DNA from: Octopus bimaculoides
Lineage: Eukaryota
Length of the DNA stretch: 35,258 nucleotides
Assembly (NCBI RefSeq): GCF_001194135.2
Contig: NC_068983.1
Span: 3,950,498 to 3,985,755, forward strand
Direction of reading: 5' to 3'
This document shows, one piece after another, positions 1 to 11,194 of the stretch (position 1 is the stretch's first letter; each line of letters begins with the position of its first letter). The notes under the pieces are model-generated. The model did not search any database. It saw nothing but the letters and a program-made list of their open reading frames with translations, and was not told the origin of the DNA. The translations under genes were made by a program, and so were the position numbers.

Positions 1-589
1 ATATATATATATATATATACATATACATACACGCAAATACAGATGCAATGTAAATAATGTATACTTAAGTATATATGCATGTATGTCCTGATATATGTAG
101 GTGCGTGTGTATACATGCACACACACAAATGCATTCATGCAAACAAGGTGGCACAGAAATACATGTATACCTATATACATACACACATCCATCCAATCAT
201 CCCCGCACGTACATACCGGTACATTCATAAAATATGTTCTTACATCCCCTGACAAAAGAACGATTTTGTACCGCCAGGTCATTGTTTCGTTGTTCGAAGA
301 GAAATGCATGCGACGGAATAAAACATTAGCTTTGAACGAATAAGTTCTACACTAACCACTGATGCAACTGCGTTCCCACCACACACACCTTTGGGTAAGC
401 AAGCAAGACACTATACAAACAAAAAACATTCGGTAACCAATAGAAAAATTGGACATTTTATTGTTATAAAACTGAAGTTGTCATCAGCCGGTTGTGTGTG
501 TGTGTGTGTTTGTAGCTCTCCTGTTAAACAACCTTTGGCCAACCGGTCGCCATGATTGACCGCTAACTCCAAAAGTTTTAAAATTCTCT

Positions 590-735
590 CTCTGTTTATT
601 TCATCGTGTTCCTTTCTGTTGAAGAGCGTAGGCTCGAAATGTAAAAGACTTTCTCACCTTCCCAAACGTCAAACTAATATACCTATGCACCTGCTTGTAG
701 TTTATACACCTGTCTTCGTTTTTTGTTTTTCTGTA
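590..735 (+). repeat. Dispersed repeat, Penelope-like terminal segment (copy 1)
   Basis: TTTCTGTTGAAGAGCGTAGGCTCGAAATGTAAAAGACTTTC...CTAATAT; similar copy at 7686-7835. The family call is from recall. Confidence 0.45.
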
Positions 736-759
736 AATTTCAGTTCCATGGCACATCAT

Positions 760-930
760 TGACCAAAATCACAACATCACTTCCCATGGAACGGGACGCC
801 AGTCTTTTGCAGGGTTACACAGTTACAGCTGAGTGGACTGGAGCAAGTGTTTTGCTCAAGAACACAATGCAGCGCTGGGTCCAGGAATCGAAACCGCGAT
901 CTTGCGAGCGACGCACTTAAACACTAGGCC
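760..930 (-). mobile_element. tRNA-derived SINE fragment (distinct family)
   Basis: Minus strand TGGCCTAGTGTTAAG (A-box-like), GGTTTCGATTCC (B-box-like), then TGTGTTCTTGAGCAAAACACTT...CCAGTCCACTCAGCTG...GACTGGCGTCCCGT. Confidence 0.6.
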
Positions 931-1818
931 ATGGATCTTCATACACGTTACACTGTCATCTCGATCGTATATATGTAAGTATATGTCTGTGCGTTTGCTC
1001 TAAATTTCACATAAAACAAGCACTCAGTCGTATATATACACATAGAAACAGACACAGACATACGTACATACAGACAGACAGACACACACGCAGACAGCAA
1101 CAACATCAGCCTGTGATGACAGATGATGGAGATGAAGGGGACAGACGCTCTCTTCACTCGACTAACACTAAGATCAAACATTGAGAGTTATGGCGGGTGG
1201 TGAGAAGAAGACAGTAGCTAATAGGTAGAGGCGACAGAGTTTTAGGAAGGCCTTTGCATCTGTTAGTTGAGTGCAACAGACCCCTGTTAGTAGTTGACAG
1301 CCATTTAAAGGAGACCAAGTTCTTGTGAGAAGAAAAACTAATGTTACTTCGTGCTATGAACTCGGTCACCCTTACAAACACATTGTTTAAAAACTCGACT
1401 ATTTTTAACGTGTGTGTCCCATTAATCCTTTAACTACTTTGTAAATAAAACAGAAAAGGGGTTAAGTTTTGTTGAAAGCTTATTCTCAATATTACTGTCA
1501 AACGCGGTTATTTCTCAAATGTTACAAACACAGTAACGATAGGAACTGAGAAGTTTAGGTAGTTTGTTTCTTTGGTCAGTTTGTTAGACTAGAAAACGAA
1601 TAGAAATACAGTGATAGTTCGCAGTACGAGTTTAACTCGTTCCATGACTGAACTCGTCTTACGATTTACTCGTTTTACAAATCAATTTTCCCTATTGAAA
1701 TTAACTAGAATATAATTAATCCGTTCCAGTCCCACCAAACCACTTAAAAATAATTTTTTATGGGTTTTAAAGCAGAAATGGTGTAGTTACAAGTAAAATG
1801 ACAATTATAAAAATAGAA

Positions 1819-2245
1819 TGGCACGTAAAAAGCACCATCCGAACGAGGCCGATGCCAGCACCTCTTGACTGGCCCCCGTGCCGGTGGCACTTAAAAAGCA
1901 TTATTTGAACGTGATCGATGCCAGGCCCACCTAACTGGCTCCTGTGTCGGTGACACTTAAAAGCACCCATTACACTCTCGGGGTGGTTGGCGTTAGGAAG
2001 GGCATCCAGCTGTAGAAACATTGCTGTGTCGACAACCGGTGTTGGTTTGTGAATGTCCCTGTAACTTAGCGATTTAACAACAGAGAGCGATAGAATAAGT
2101 ACCTGACTTGGAAATATAACGATTGATATGTTCGACTAAACCCTTCAAGGAAGTGTCCCAGTGTAGCTCCAGAGTTAATGACTGAGGCACACGCAACAAA
2201 GAAAAGACACCGCCTGACTGGCTCCCGTGCCGGTGGCACGTAAAA
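1819..2245 (+). mobile_element. SINE family C (internal GGCACGTAAAAAGCACC repeats), interrupted by a family A fragment
   Basis: Repeated TGGCAC.TAAAAAGCA units then GGTTGGCGTTAGGAAGGGCATCCAGCTGTAGAAAC. Confidence 0.72.
2027..2208 (+). mobile_element. SINE family A, 3' half nested in a family C element
   Basis: GACAACCGGTGTTGGTTTG...GTAACTTAGCG...GATAGAATAAGTACC...ATGACTGA. Confidence 0.65.
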
Positions 2246-2334
2246 ATAATTTTTCCCATTTGTCTTTTTCTTCTTTTTTTTTTATCTCTCAATTATCCTC
2301 TTGTTGCTGTTTTGAACTAGACACGATCTAAGAT

Positions 2335-2560
2335 CTCTTGTCGTTTTAACGTCTGCTTTCCATGCTGGCATGGGTTCGACGGTTTGACTGAGGACTGGTG
2401 AGCTACAAGGCTGCACCAGGCTCACTCTGATCTGGCAAAGTTTCTACAGCTGGATACCCTTCCTAACACCAACTACTCCGAGAGTGCAGTGGGTACTTTT
2501 ATGTGCCACCGACACGAGGGCCAGTCAGGAGGTTCTGGCAACGACCACGCTCAAAAGGTC
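2335..2560 (-). mobile_element. SINE family C 3' end
   Basis: TTTAACGTCTGCTTTCCATGCTGGCATGGG...TTTCTACAGCTGGATACCCTTCCTAAC. Confidence 0.78.
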
Positions 2561-3227
2561 CTCCAATAAATTCCCCTCTCCCTCGTCTCAGCCAATTTTC
2601 GTCCCCTAAAACTATTCTCCTATAACGACTCTTTCAACATTGTTCTCACTCATAGAATAATAGATCTTGTCAAACGGTGAAGCCCTAGATTCCTGATACT
2701 GGACAAAGATCATTTTCAGAGCTTTAGTGACCATTATTAGTAATTTTGTTGTTGAATTGTTTTTTTATGTCCGTGACTCGGTATAAATGAATGCTATGAT
2801 GAGTGGACAATTCACACTATTTGTCACAAAAGAAAGTGATACACACATACGTACATATAGACATATATTTTCAGCTTTCCTACGGACTATCTACTCCTTC
2901 TTTTCCCTCTTCTCTTGAAATTCCTTATTTTTCCGACGAAGAGCCATACTCGAAACGTCCTTTCAACTCCCATTTTCCGTCTAAAACTTTCACTGAGCGT
3001 CAATCAAATGTATATTCTCTGTGTACGTCTAATTCACTTTTGTTGTTTAAAGTTCTGGAGTCAATTTGTTCGGCTAAAACAAGCACTCAGTTTCTATACT
3101 CATAGAAACATACACACACATACATATATGGCGGTGCCCCAACATGGCAACAACCCAATGGCTGAAACAAGTAGAAGATAAAAAATAAAGGATGTACGAG
3201 AGAAAGAGAGAGAGAGGTTGTGCTTAC

Positions 3228-3391
3228 CGCATCGACTCCTTTAAAACTGCTTTCAAGTAAGGCATGTTAGTTAAGTGTGAACTTTGACACGGTTGACCCT
3301 GTAGCGTCCGGGAAATTTCATCATGAAGTTTTTCTTGAACTTCAGGGTTGCTAGCCAAAAGGTAGATAGCAAATCCGAGAGAATTGGAGGC
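3228..3391 (-). CDS. Mitochondrial-clan cytochrome P450, exon 6 (I, J, K helices)
   Basis: tcttctacag acceptor; 164 nt = 54 codons+2: ASNSLGFAIYLLASNPEVQEKLHDEISRTLQGQPCQSSHLTNMPYLKAVLKESM-CG; GTAAGC donor. Contains NPEVQEKL, MPYLKAVLKE and ExxR. Not in the ORF track. Confidence 0.96.
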
Positions 3392-3544
3392 CTGTAGAAG
3401 ACATGAGGACAGGGTAAGATTAGAATTATTTAAGGTTAGTAAAGGGTGTTAAGGCTATAGAGTAAAAGGCAGAGTTTACTGTTACTGTTGACTACTTCCG
3501 GTTAGGTAACAATGGCGAGCTTATTAAACATGGTGAGTACAGTA

Positions 3545-3790
3545 TCGTCCTCATGGTCATCGTTTTAAAGTCCGCTTTTCCATGGAACAAACGGAATTTG
3601 TGAGTCATATTTTATACAACCGGACACACCTCCTGTCGACAATCCTCGTCTGTTTTCAAGCAAGGTAATATTTCCCCATGGCCTGGTATGTTTTCCACAG
3701 ATTACTGGAAATGAACAACGTCGCTTATATGATGGTGCTGCTCGTTTACATCCATCACATGATGTGAAGACAAGGGCATAAACAACCTCG
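3545..3790 (-). mobile_element. SINE family C-related 3' segment
   Basis: CATCGTTTTAAAGTCCGCTTTTCCATG...; similar to 13175-13432. Confidence 0.6.
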
Positions 3791-3800
3791 CATACATATC

Positions 3801-4034
3801 GTATTTCATTATTGCCCACAAGGGGCTACACATAGAGGGGACAAACAAGGACAAACAAACGGATTAAGTCGATTATATCGATCCCAGTGCGTAACTGGTT
3901 CTTAATTTATCGACCCCGAAAGGATGAAAGGCAAAGTCGACCTCGGCGGAATTTGAAATCAGAACGTAACGGCAGACGAAATACCACTAAGCATTTCGCC
4001 CGGTGTGCTAACGTTTCTGCCATCTCGCCGCCTT
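3801..4034 (-). mobile_element. SINE family B (MetaSINE-like core) with 9-bp TSD
   Basis: Core GCCTTTCATCCTTTCGGGGTCGATAAATTAAG; ATACATATC at 3792-3800 and 4035-4043. Confidence 0.88.
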
Positions 4035-4159
4035 ATACATATCTGGTCATTGAAAACAAGCGAGGGTTGGTACAGCAAGAGCACCTATTAATGAAGACTA
4101 TGATGATGAATACAGACAAAAAAAGAAAATACAAAGTAACTAAGCAGACAGAATTTTAC

Positions 4160-4329
4160 CGTATCAAGACCTGCCAAGAACAGTTCAGCCATGTTGGAAT
4201 AAATCTCTGCCATTGAAAATGAAGGATTGCTTAGAAGAAAGTTGAGTAAAGCGGTTCCATTTTGGGGTGGGTCAAGTTGTGATCTGTCTTTTGAATATCC
4301 CACCAATTGCTGATCAATAAATTCTTGAG
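4160..4329 (-). CDS. Mitochondrial-clan cytochrome P450, exon 5 (end of G, H, I helix)
   Basis: ttctttctatttaaag acceptor; 170 nt = 2+56 codons: (A)QEFIDQQLVGYSKDRSQLDPPQNGTALLNFLLSNPSFSMAEIYSNMAELFLAGLDT; GTAAAA donor; I-helix AGxDT motif. Confidence 0.96.
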
Positions 4330-4559
4330 CTTTAAATAGAAAGAAGAAAACAGAACATATACAATGTGGTGGTAGCAATGAAGTTTGGTCAAGGAGAGGG
4401 AGAAATGGTATGTTAGCAAAAAGAGAGAGAGAGAGAGTATGTTAGCAGAAAGAGATAGGGGGAGGGAGAGAAAGAGAGAGAGAGAGAGAGATAGAGAGTA
4501 AAAGAAGGTTAAAAGGTAAAGTTGAACTTATAAAAAAACTAATTTCTCCCTTGGGGGAA

Positions 4560-4720
4560 GGGAGTAAATTGGCCCCAGTTTCTGACAAGTATTTTAGATT
4601 ATCAATTACGATAAGATCAAAGGTAAGTTTGACGCCATCGAGATTTGAACTCGGAACGTAAAGAGAGCTTTAAAGAGAGACCATAAGGTCGTTTTCCCGA
4701 CTCTCCAACGGTTCTACTAA
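4560..4720 (-). mobile_element. SINE family B, decayed
   Basis: AAGGTAAGTTTGACGCCATCGAGATTTGAACTCGGAACGTAA resembles the family B head region. Confidence 0.55.
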
Positions 4721-4911
4721 TCTGCTGTACACGCACGCGCACACATTTGATTTAACCAAAAGAAAAGATGAGGAAGAAGAGAAGACATGCAGACAGTCTC
4801 TTTTTCCCTATACAATGAAAATAACGAACACTTATTTATAATACGTTGTGGAGACCATAGGACATAATAGAGACAATCGGAAAAGTAGCGCCAGAGGGGG
4901 AGGAGGAGAGG

Positions 4912-4943
<32 letters not shown>

Positions 4944-5375
4944 GAGAGAGAGAGAGGGGGGGGCTCCATCACGGGGGAGCCAAGTGAGATACTGGCCTTT
5001 AAGTTTTAACCAGCCCCTAAGTTTAACTACTGGCGCCATCCATACAAGACGCGTGTTTCAGGGTCAGTCTAGAGTGGGATAATTGCGATTCTATTTTGCT
5101 CCGACGTACCTTTTTTTCAAAAGACTCTTAATTGATACGAAAATATTTTCATTCCATCCTTTTCTATTATTTTAATCTTTTCTTTATCTTAATCCTCTTG
5201 TCTTGTCTTTTCTCTTCGTTGCCTCTTCCCCACTCCGCCTGTTTGCTTTTATTTATTTCGTCCTGTCTTCCGCTCCTTATATCTTTGATGGGACGAACGA
5301 AATTGCTCAACGTATTTTGATATATAAACAGCCAAACCGCGACCGACGCCCCCACCTTTCTGTATGCTCCTTCCC

Positions 5376-5412
<37 letters not shown>

Positions 5413-5775
5413 ACAGAGCTCAGTGGAGAAGCTGTTGCTACCCATCCAACGTCCTGAAGGTAGAAAGAACGCAGCGTATAGCGAGGTCCAATCTATCCAT
5501 AGGTGGTGGTCATCATCACTGCAACGCCTGCAACAAATCTGCATATCCCATGCGTATCGGAAGTGAGCTAGAACGTTAAAACTTAGTGCGCATGCTCAGC
5601 AGGGTTCAAGGTCAATCTGTATCAAGCGGCTTCACTCTGCGTGCTTTAGCTTCGTGTAGGGTTTGTATTCTCGGACATGGAACTAAGAACACTATGCAGT
5701 CATGTCCTGCTCAACCCTCAATCGTCAAAGCGACGAGAGAGAAAGAGAGAGAGAGACTTCGATAATGTGCATATC

Positions 5776-6092
5776 TTTTATCTTTTACTTGTGTCGGTCA
5801 TGAAACTGTAGCCATGCTGTGGCCTACGTTTTTAAACGCGGTACTTATTCTGGCTAAGTTACGGGACCGTAAACACACCAACACCGGTTGTCAGGTCGTG
5901 GTAGGAGAGAAACAGAGACACAAAGATACAAACATATATACGACGGGCTTCTTTCAGTTTCCGTCTACCAAATCCACTCACAAGGCTTTTTGGTCGGCCC
6001 GAGGCTATAGACGAAGACACTTGCCCAAGTTGTTATGCAATGGGACGGAACCCGGAACCATGTGGTTGGGAAGGAACAGGCTTCTTCCTACA
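5776..6092 (-). mobile_element. SINE family A (tRNA head, internal microsatellite)
   Basis: Reverse complement of the 6406-6798 consensus, including GACGGGCTTCTTTCAGTTTCCGTCTACCAAATCCACTCACAAGGC. Confidence 0.85.
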
Positions 6093-6405
6093 CACCCACC
6101 CCTGCACACCTTATGTCAGTAGGATATATTATTTTATACATCACTTCTCTCTATGACTGTTTCCCGACATCATTGTTCCCAGTCGCGGATTTTCCCATTT
6201 ACAAATAAATTGATTTTACATTTTCATCATCGATCATCAGAGGAAAACAGTCTGCAACTCCAAGAACCGAAGATTCTCTAAATTACCGATGTAAAACCGC
6301 GACTGCGTACAGAACTCCAAGTACTGTGGCGTTCGGGAATTAACGAACATCCCCGATGTATACGATGAAATTCTTTTCTCTTTTTTAAAAAATTGGACAC
6401 ATTCG

Positions 6406-6798
6406 TAGGAGTAGGAGTGGCTATGTGATAAGTAGCTTGCTTACGAACCACATGGTCCCGGGTTCAGTTCCACTGCGTGGCACCTTGGGCAAGTGTCTTC
6501 TACTATAGCCTCGGGCTGACCAAAGCCTTGTGAGTGGATTTAGTAGACGGAAACTGAAAGAAGCCCGTCGTATATATGTATATGTATATATATATGTGTA
6601 TGTGTTTGTCCCAATATCGCTTGACAACCGATGCTGGTGTGTTTACGTCCCCGTAACTTAGCGGTTCGGCAAAGAGACCGATACAATAAGTACTAAGCTT
6701 CCAAAGAATAAGTCCTGGGGTCGATTTGCTCGACTAAAGGCGGTGCTCCAGCATGGCCGCAGTCAAATGACTGAAACAGGTAAAAGAGTAAAAGAGAA
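6406..6798 (+). mobile_element. SINE family A, full-length
   Basis: GGAGTGGCTATGTGATAAG (A box), GGGTTCAGTTCC (B box), GGCACCTTGGGCAAGTGTCTTC core, internal (TA)n(TG)n, tail ACTGAAACAGGTAAAAGAGTAAAAGAG. Confidence 0.9.
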
Positions 6799-7384
6799 TT
6801 AGATCTGCCATGAAAAATGCATCGAAATAAAATTGAAATCTTTTAACAAAATGTGCATCGTTCATCAGCAAAAACGTGATTTGTTCGCGAAGAAAGAGAT
6901 GTAAAAGATACCATTAAACTAACTCTTGTATCTCTCCCTCTCACCACACACACATATTTGCCCTGTGGTCATTGTAATAAAATCCCTTAAAGAACCATTT
7001 CTGATATGCTTTCAATTACCCCATGAACCCCCACTACAGAAAATACAAATAGCCATTACAGTGAAACGTGCGTTGTGAAACACACTAAAAAGTGCATTTT
7101 GCGTTTATCATACTTCTCTACACCTCCCTCCCCCCTCACACATACACTCACACACACATCTATATGACATTGTACCGAAGGACAACAACGTCCTTGGAAC
7201 AAACAATTTACAAACCGTCTAAAGAATAAAAAACAAATGATTAAAATAAAACAAATATTAAGAACAGGATAAAAAACAAACAAAAAGATAATGTAAAGAA
7301 AAAAATATATAAAAATTCACAGCCAAATCAACAACAGGAATAGTTGGACATTCCAAACTGACTTGACCTCGTCATGTGTAAATA

Positions 7385-7408
7385 CTACATACACAGGCAT
7401 ATGTGTGA

Positions 7409-7441
<33 letters not shown>

Positions 7442-7443
7442 GA

Positions 7444-7481
<38 letters not shown>

Positions 7482-7513
7482 GATGTGTGTGTGTGTATAT
7501 ATATATATGTGTG

Positions 7514-7546
<33 letters not shown>

Positions 7547-7660
7547 ATGTATATATATATATATAGATACATATATATATATATATGTATATATGTATAT
7601 ATATATATATATATAGATACATACAAACACACACATATGTGCACGCGTACATACACATGA
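7385..7660. repeat. Compound (TA)n/(TG)n microsatellite
   Basis: Directly visible. Confidence 0.97.
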
Positions 7661-7685
7661 TTGACCGTTGACTGAACACTATTCA

Positions 7686-7835
7686 ATTTTTTTTCTCCGT
7701 GTTTTTCTCCTTGTCTCCGTATTCTTTCTGTTGAAGAGCGTAGCTCGAAACGTCAAAGACTTTCCGTATTCCCGAGCGTCATACTAATATATACTTTTGT
7801 TATTTACACCACCTGTCCTCGTCTGTTGTTATTTT
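7686..7835 (+). repeat. Dispersed repeat, Penelope-like terminal segment (copy 2)
   Basis: TTTCTGTTGAAGAGCGTAGCTCGAAACGTCAAAGACTTTCC...CTAATAT. Confidence 0.45.
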
Positions 7836-7867
7836 TTGTATAATCTCCTACATATATACATACGCAG

Positions 7868-7901
<34 letters not shown>

Positions 7902-8049
7902 TTATATATATCGACGCACACATACATATGTATGCTGCAGTGGTTTTGGCAGTCGTTGGCCGGTGTTTAGGAGAGTAGTGATGGGGTGGCTTTGATAACG
8001 TGTTGGTGGTGGTTGTGGTGTGCTGTTTCAACAGGTATCTCAGTACTGT

Positions 8050-8098
<49 letters not shown>
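8050..8098. repeat. (TAG)n microsatellite
   Basis: Directly visible, about 16 units. Confidence 0.97.
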
Positions 8099-8469
8099 TA
8101 GACGTGTCGCCAATGTCCGCTAACCGTGGTGGTGAGCTGGTAAAAAAGAGCACACACACACAATCACTGACGTATCCTTTTGTTTGTTTGTTTATTTGAT
8201 TTCTTTCTTTTTTTTTCACCTGGTGACCCTTGTACTCATCCAGACTTAGCAACGACGAGGGAAGTTGAGTGGACACAGGAAGTGTGTGAATGGCGACAGG
8301 GATTGGTGGATGGAAGGAACAATGAGGCAGGGAGAAGAGGTGGGAGATGTTATGAATTGAACAAAATAATCGCTATTTTTATTTGAACCAATCTCTCATA
8401 TTAAAATGCGCATACACGTGTATGTATACACCCCGTCCCTTTCTATCTTTCCGCGTACATACATACATA

Positions 8470-8670
8470 CATAGTTCAGATTACAAGTTCAGGTCTATAC
8501 CTATAATTATTGGGGCCCTAAGATACTTAACACACTGCCTAGATACCAATGTTGAGAAATTAGGCTTCCCAAAACCAGAAAAGAGAAAGCTAATTCAAAG
8601 TCTACAGACCACGCCGTCACTGGAACTGTAAAAATCTGTAAAACTTTCCGGAAGTTTATCATTTAAATAT
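8470..8670 (+). mobile_element. RLE-type LINE 3' remnant
   Basis: YKFRSIPIIIGALRYL...HAVTGTVKICKTFRKFII* (one frameshift); shares the PIIIGAL motif with 30411-30717. Confidence 0.7.
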
Positions 8671-8759
8671 ATATATAAGTATGTCCAGATATGCAAATAT
8701 ATGCATGAGAATACATACATAAAATGAAACATACAAATCTGCACATACATATATATACA

Positions 8760-9050
8760 TACAAAAATACCCTGTTGTTGATGTTGAAATTCCAATGAAG
8801 TTGAAATTCCTATTGACAAGAAATCTTGAATTAAAACTGAACAATGACATAATACATACACATACTTGTGCCTATCATCATAGGTGCATTAGGCCATGTA
8901 CCGAAAATTTCAGACAAAAACCTAGAAATACGAGGTTTTTCGAAGAAAAAGCAATAGAAGCTGATGCGGATTTTATTAGTGGCACAATGACAACCTCTAA
9001 GACATTCTAAAGATTCTCCAATTGAGATTCTTAAATTGGATCTGTTCACA
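8760..9050 (+). mobile_element. RLE-type LINE 3' remnant (decayed)
   Basis: ILVPIIIGALGHVPKISDKNLEIRGFSKKK at about 8860-8955. Confidence 0.6.
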
Positions 9051-9182
9051 TACTTGGTTGCGTACATCTACAAAGACACACACTGAACTGTCTCAACTCA
9101 AAATGCCTTGTTTCTTTGTTAGCGACCGGCTTGAACTCTATGAAGCACGAAGAAAAACTTCAATAAATCTAAAAAGCATATA

Positions 9183-10013
9183 CAGGGTGCGATGGGTAAA
9201 TTGTCGCCAATTTATATTTTTAATTTCGCGCATTGTTTTTGATTTTGTCGTCTGCACAGTATAGTAGGGTCATTAGGCACCGTCTGTGGGAAAAACAGCG
9301 CCATGACACAATTCGCTTTGCCAGAAATTTGGAAACGACATGCTGTACTGCTTGGAACTTTCACCAGAAGCTCCAATACGAACATTTCAGAGTGTTTGGG
9401 TGTCAATCTGAGGACATCCAGTCAACATCATAGTGGTTGGAGTGATCACTAGTAATGGTAATGGTATGCCTCATTCATCTTCCCACACGGCCTCAGACTC
9501 AACGCGGAGGCTTACATCAAGTGCCTGGTGGAGGTAGTGCTACCCTGGGTCAAGAGGATGGATGCTGGAAGACCCTGCGACTGGCAACAGGACTGTGCAC
9601 CAAACTACAGAAGTAGGAGAACCCAGTTATGGCTGTCTGACAATTTCTGTGACCACATTACCCCTAACATCTGGTCAACTAACTCTCCAGACCGCAACAC
9701 TCTTGATTATTATGTGTGGGGCGCAGTTGAGCGAGAGACCAACAAAACTCCTTGTAACACTAAATATGAACTGAAGGCAAGGATCATGGCAGCATTCACC
9801 AACTTAAACAAGGAGACCGTCCAAAAGAGTTGCAAGAGATTCCGAAGTCATCTGGAGGCCGTGATTGAAGCCAATGGCGATTTTGAATAAATTTACTCTT
9901 TAGTATTTCAAGATATTCTTATGTAATTTTGGTAAATATAACTGCTAAAATGAGATGTCAGTGTTATTTTCCTTTTTGTGTAATTTAGACGACAGTTTAT
10001 TCACTGCACCTTA
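9183..10013 (+). mobile_element. Internally deleted maT-like (DD37D) Tc1/mariner element
   Basis: ORF 9528-9890 WQQDCAP...NSPDRNTLDYYVWG has 37 residues between the last two Asp. Degenerate TIRs (CAGGGTGCGATGGGTAAATTGTCG vs TAAGGTGCAGTGAATAAACTGTCG), TA-flanked. Confidence 0.85.
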
Positions 10014-10142
10014 TATATCCATATATACACGTATACATACACGGTGTGACAGGAAACCCTCACGTGATTTACATGGCCATTCTTGTGGTGCAAGTGAAGT
10101 TAGGTAGGTGGTATCTTCGTGTCGCTAATATTCTATCGATTC

Positions 10143-10550
10143 CTAAGGCGGTGAGTTGGCAGAATCGTTAGCACGCCGAGCAAAAAATACTTGGCGATAT
10201 ATATCGTCCGTCTTTACGTTCTGAGTTTTATTCTTCCGGGGTCGATAAAACGAGTACCAGATGGGTACAGGGGTCGATGCAATCGACTTGCTCCCTCACT
10301 CGAAATTGCTGGCCATGTAACAAAATTTGAAATCAATATTTTATCGATTTCTAAAGCGGCAAGCTGACAGAATGGTTAGCACACCGGACAAAATGCTTCG
10401 TAGTGTTTCTTCCGGCTCTGTATATTCAAATTACCCCGAGATCAACTTCCTTCCTATCGGGGGTCGATAAAATAAATACCATTCGAGCACCGGGGATTCA
10501 TACAATCGACTAGCCCCCCACCACCTCCCCACAAAAGATCTCAGGCCTTG
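10143..10550 (+). mobile_element. SINE family B tandem dimer (10143-10334 and 10352-10550)
   Basis: Two AAGGCGG..GAG.TGGCAGAAT heads, each with a GGGGTCGATAAAA core. Confidence 0.8.
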
Positions 10551-10559
10551 TGAAGGGAT

Positions 10560-10850
10560 ATTTTACCGAATTCCTTTCAGTTACCAAAATGGCTTGCAAT
10601 GGTTGCACACCGTGCAATAAATTACCGGACAAGGGAGCAGTGGGCATGATTTGTGTAGAGCCAGTATCACTCTCTCGTCCGTCAAACTTGTGGGACGTTT
10701 ATAACCATTTGCCAAGGGAGCAATCCCATGCTCTCAACACCGAAGTCCCATTTTTCGTCAACCCTTGGCTTTTCAACCGCATACAATCTCCAGTTTTTTA
10801 AACTTTAAATGGTTTTCATTAAATTGAAAGGTTGATTCATTTGTAAAGTC
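10560..10850 (-). mobile_element. Possible highly decayed Tc1/mariner transposase fragment
   Basis: Minus strand gives FTNESTFQFN (like the first-Asp FxDESxFQLN motif), then NWRLYAVEKP and AHCSLVR in shifted frames. Confidence 0.3.
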
Positions 10851-10897
10851 AAAACTATGAATCGATATAAAACTCTGTTTTTTTCTTTTTCTTCTCT

Positions 10898-11095
10898 ATT
10901 CTAGGCACAAGGCCCGAAATTTTGGGGCCCGTCGATTAGATCGATCCCCAGTAAGCAACTGGTACTTAATTTATCGACCTCGAAAGGTTGAAAGGCAAAG
11001 TCAGCCTCGGCGGAATTTGAACTCAGAACGTAAAGACAGACGAAATACCGCTAAGCATTTCGTCCAGCGTGCTAACGTTTCTGCCAGCTCACCGC
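10898..11095 (-). mobile_element. SINE family B
   Basis: GGCACAAGGCCCGAAATTTT...TTATCGACCTCGAAAGG...CTGCCAGCTCACCGC. Confidence 0.88.
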
Positions 11096-11194
11096 TTTTG
11101 AATGCTTATAAAATTAGACACCCCCCCCCCACAAAAAAAAAAGAAAAAAGAAAAGACAAAAAAGAACAAAGGTGGTTGTAATACTTGTGTTCGA

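Noticed and set aside
1626-1670. ACGAGT-TTA-ACTCGT mini-hairpin with repeated AACTCGT
   Set aside because: Too short to distinguish from chance.
1-3227. Search for P450 exon 7 (xYPxxP..R...GY.IPKG)
   Set aside because: No matching frame with an AG acceptor was found by eye; the exon presumably lies left of the window.
6406-6480. tRNA-like A and B boxes
   Set aside because: SINE heads, not tRNA genes; no full cloverleaf and the sequence continues into the SINE core.
7317-7686. Long YI/HT/CV-repeat ORFs here and at 12336-13136, 34384-35158
   Set aside because: Translations of dinucleotide microsatellites.
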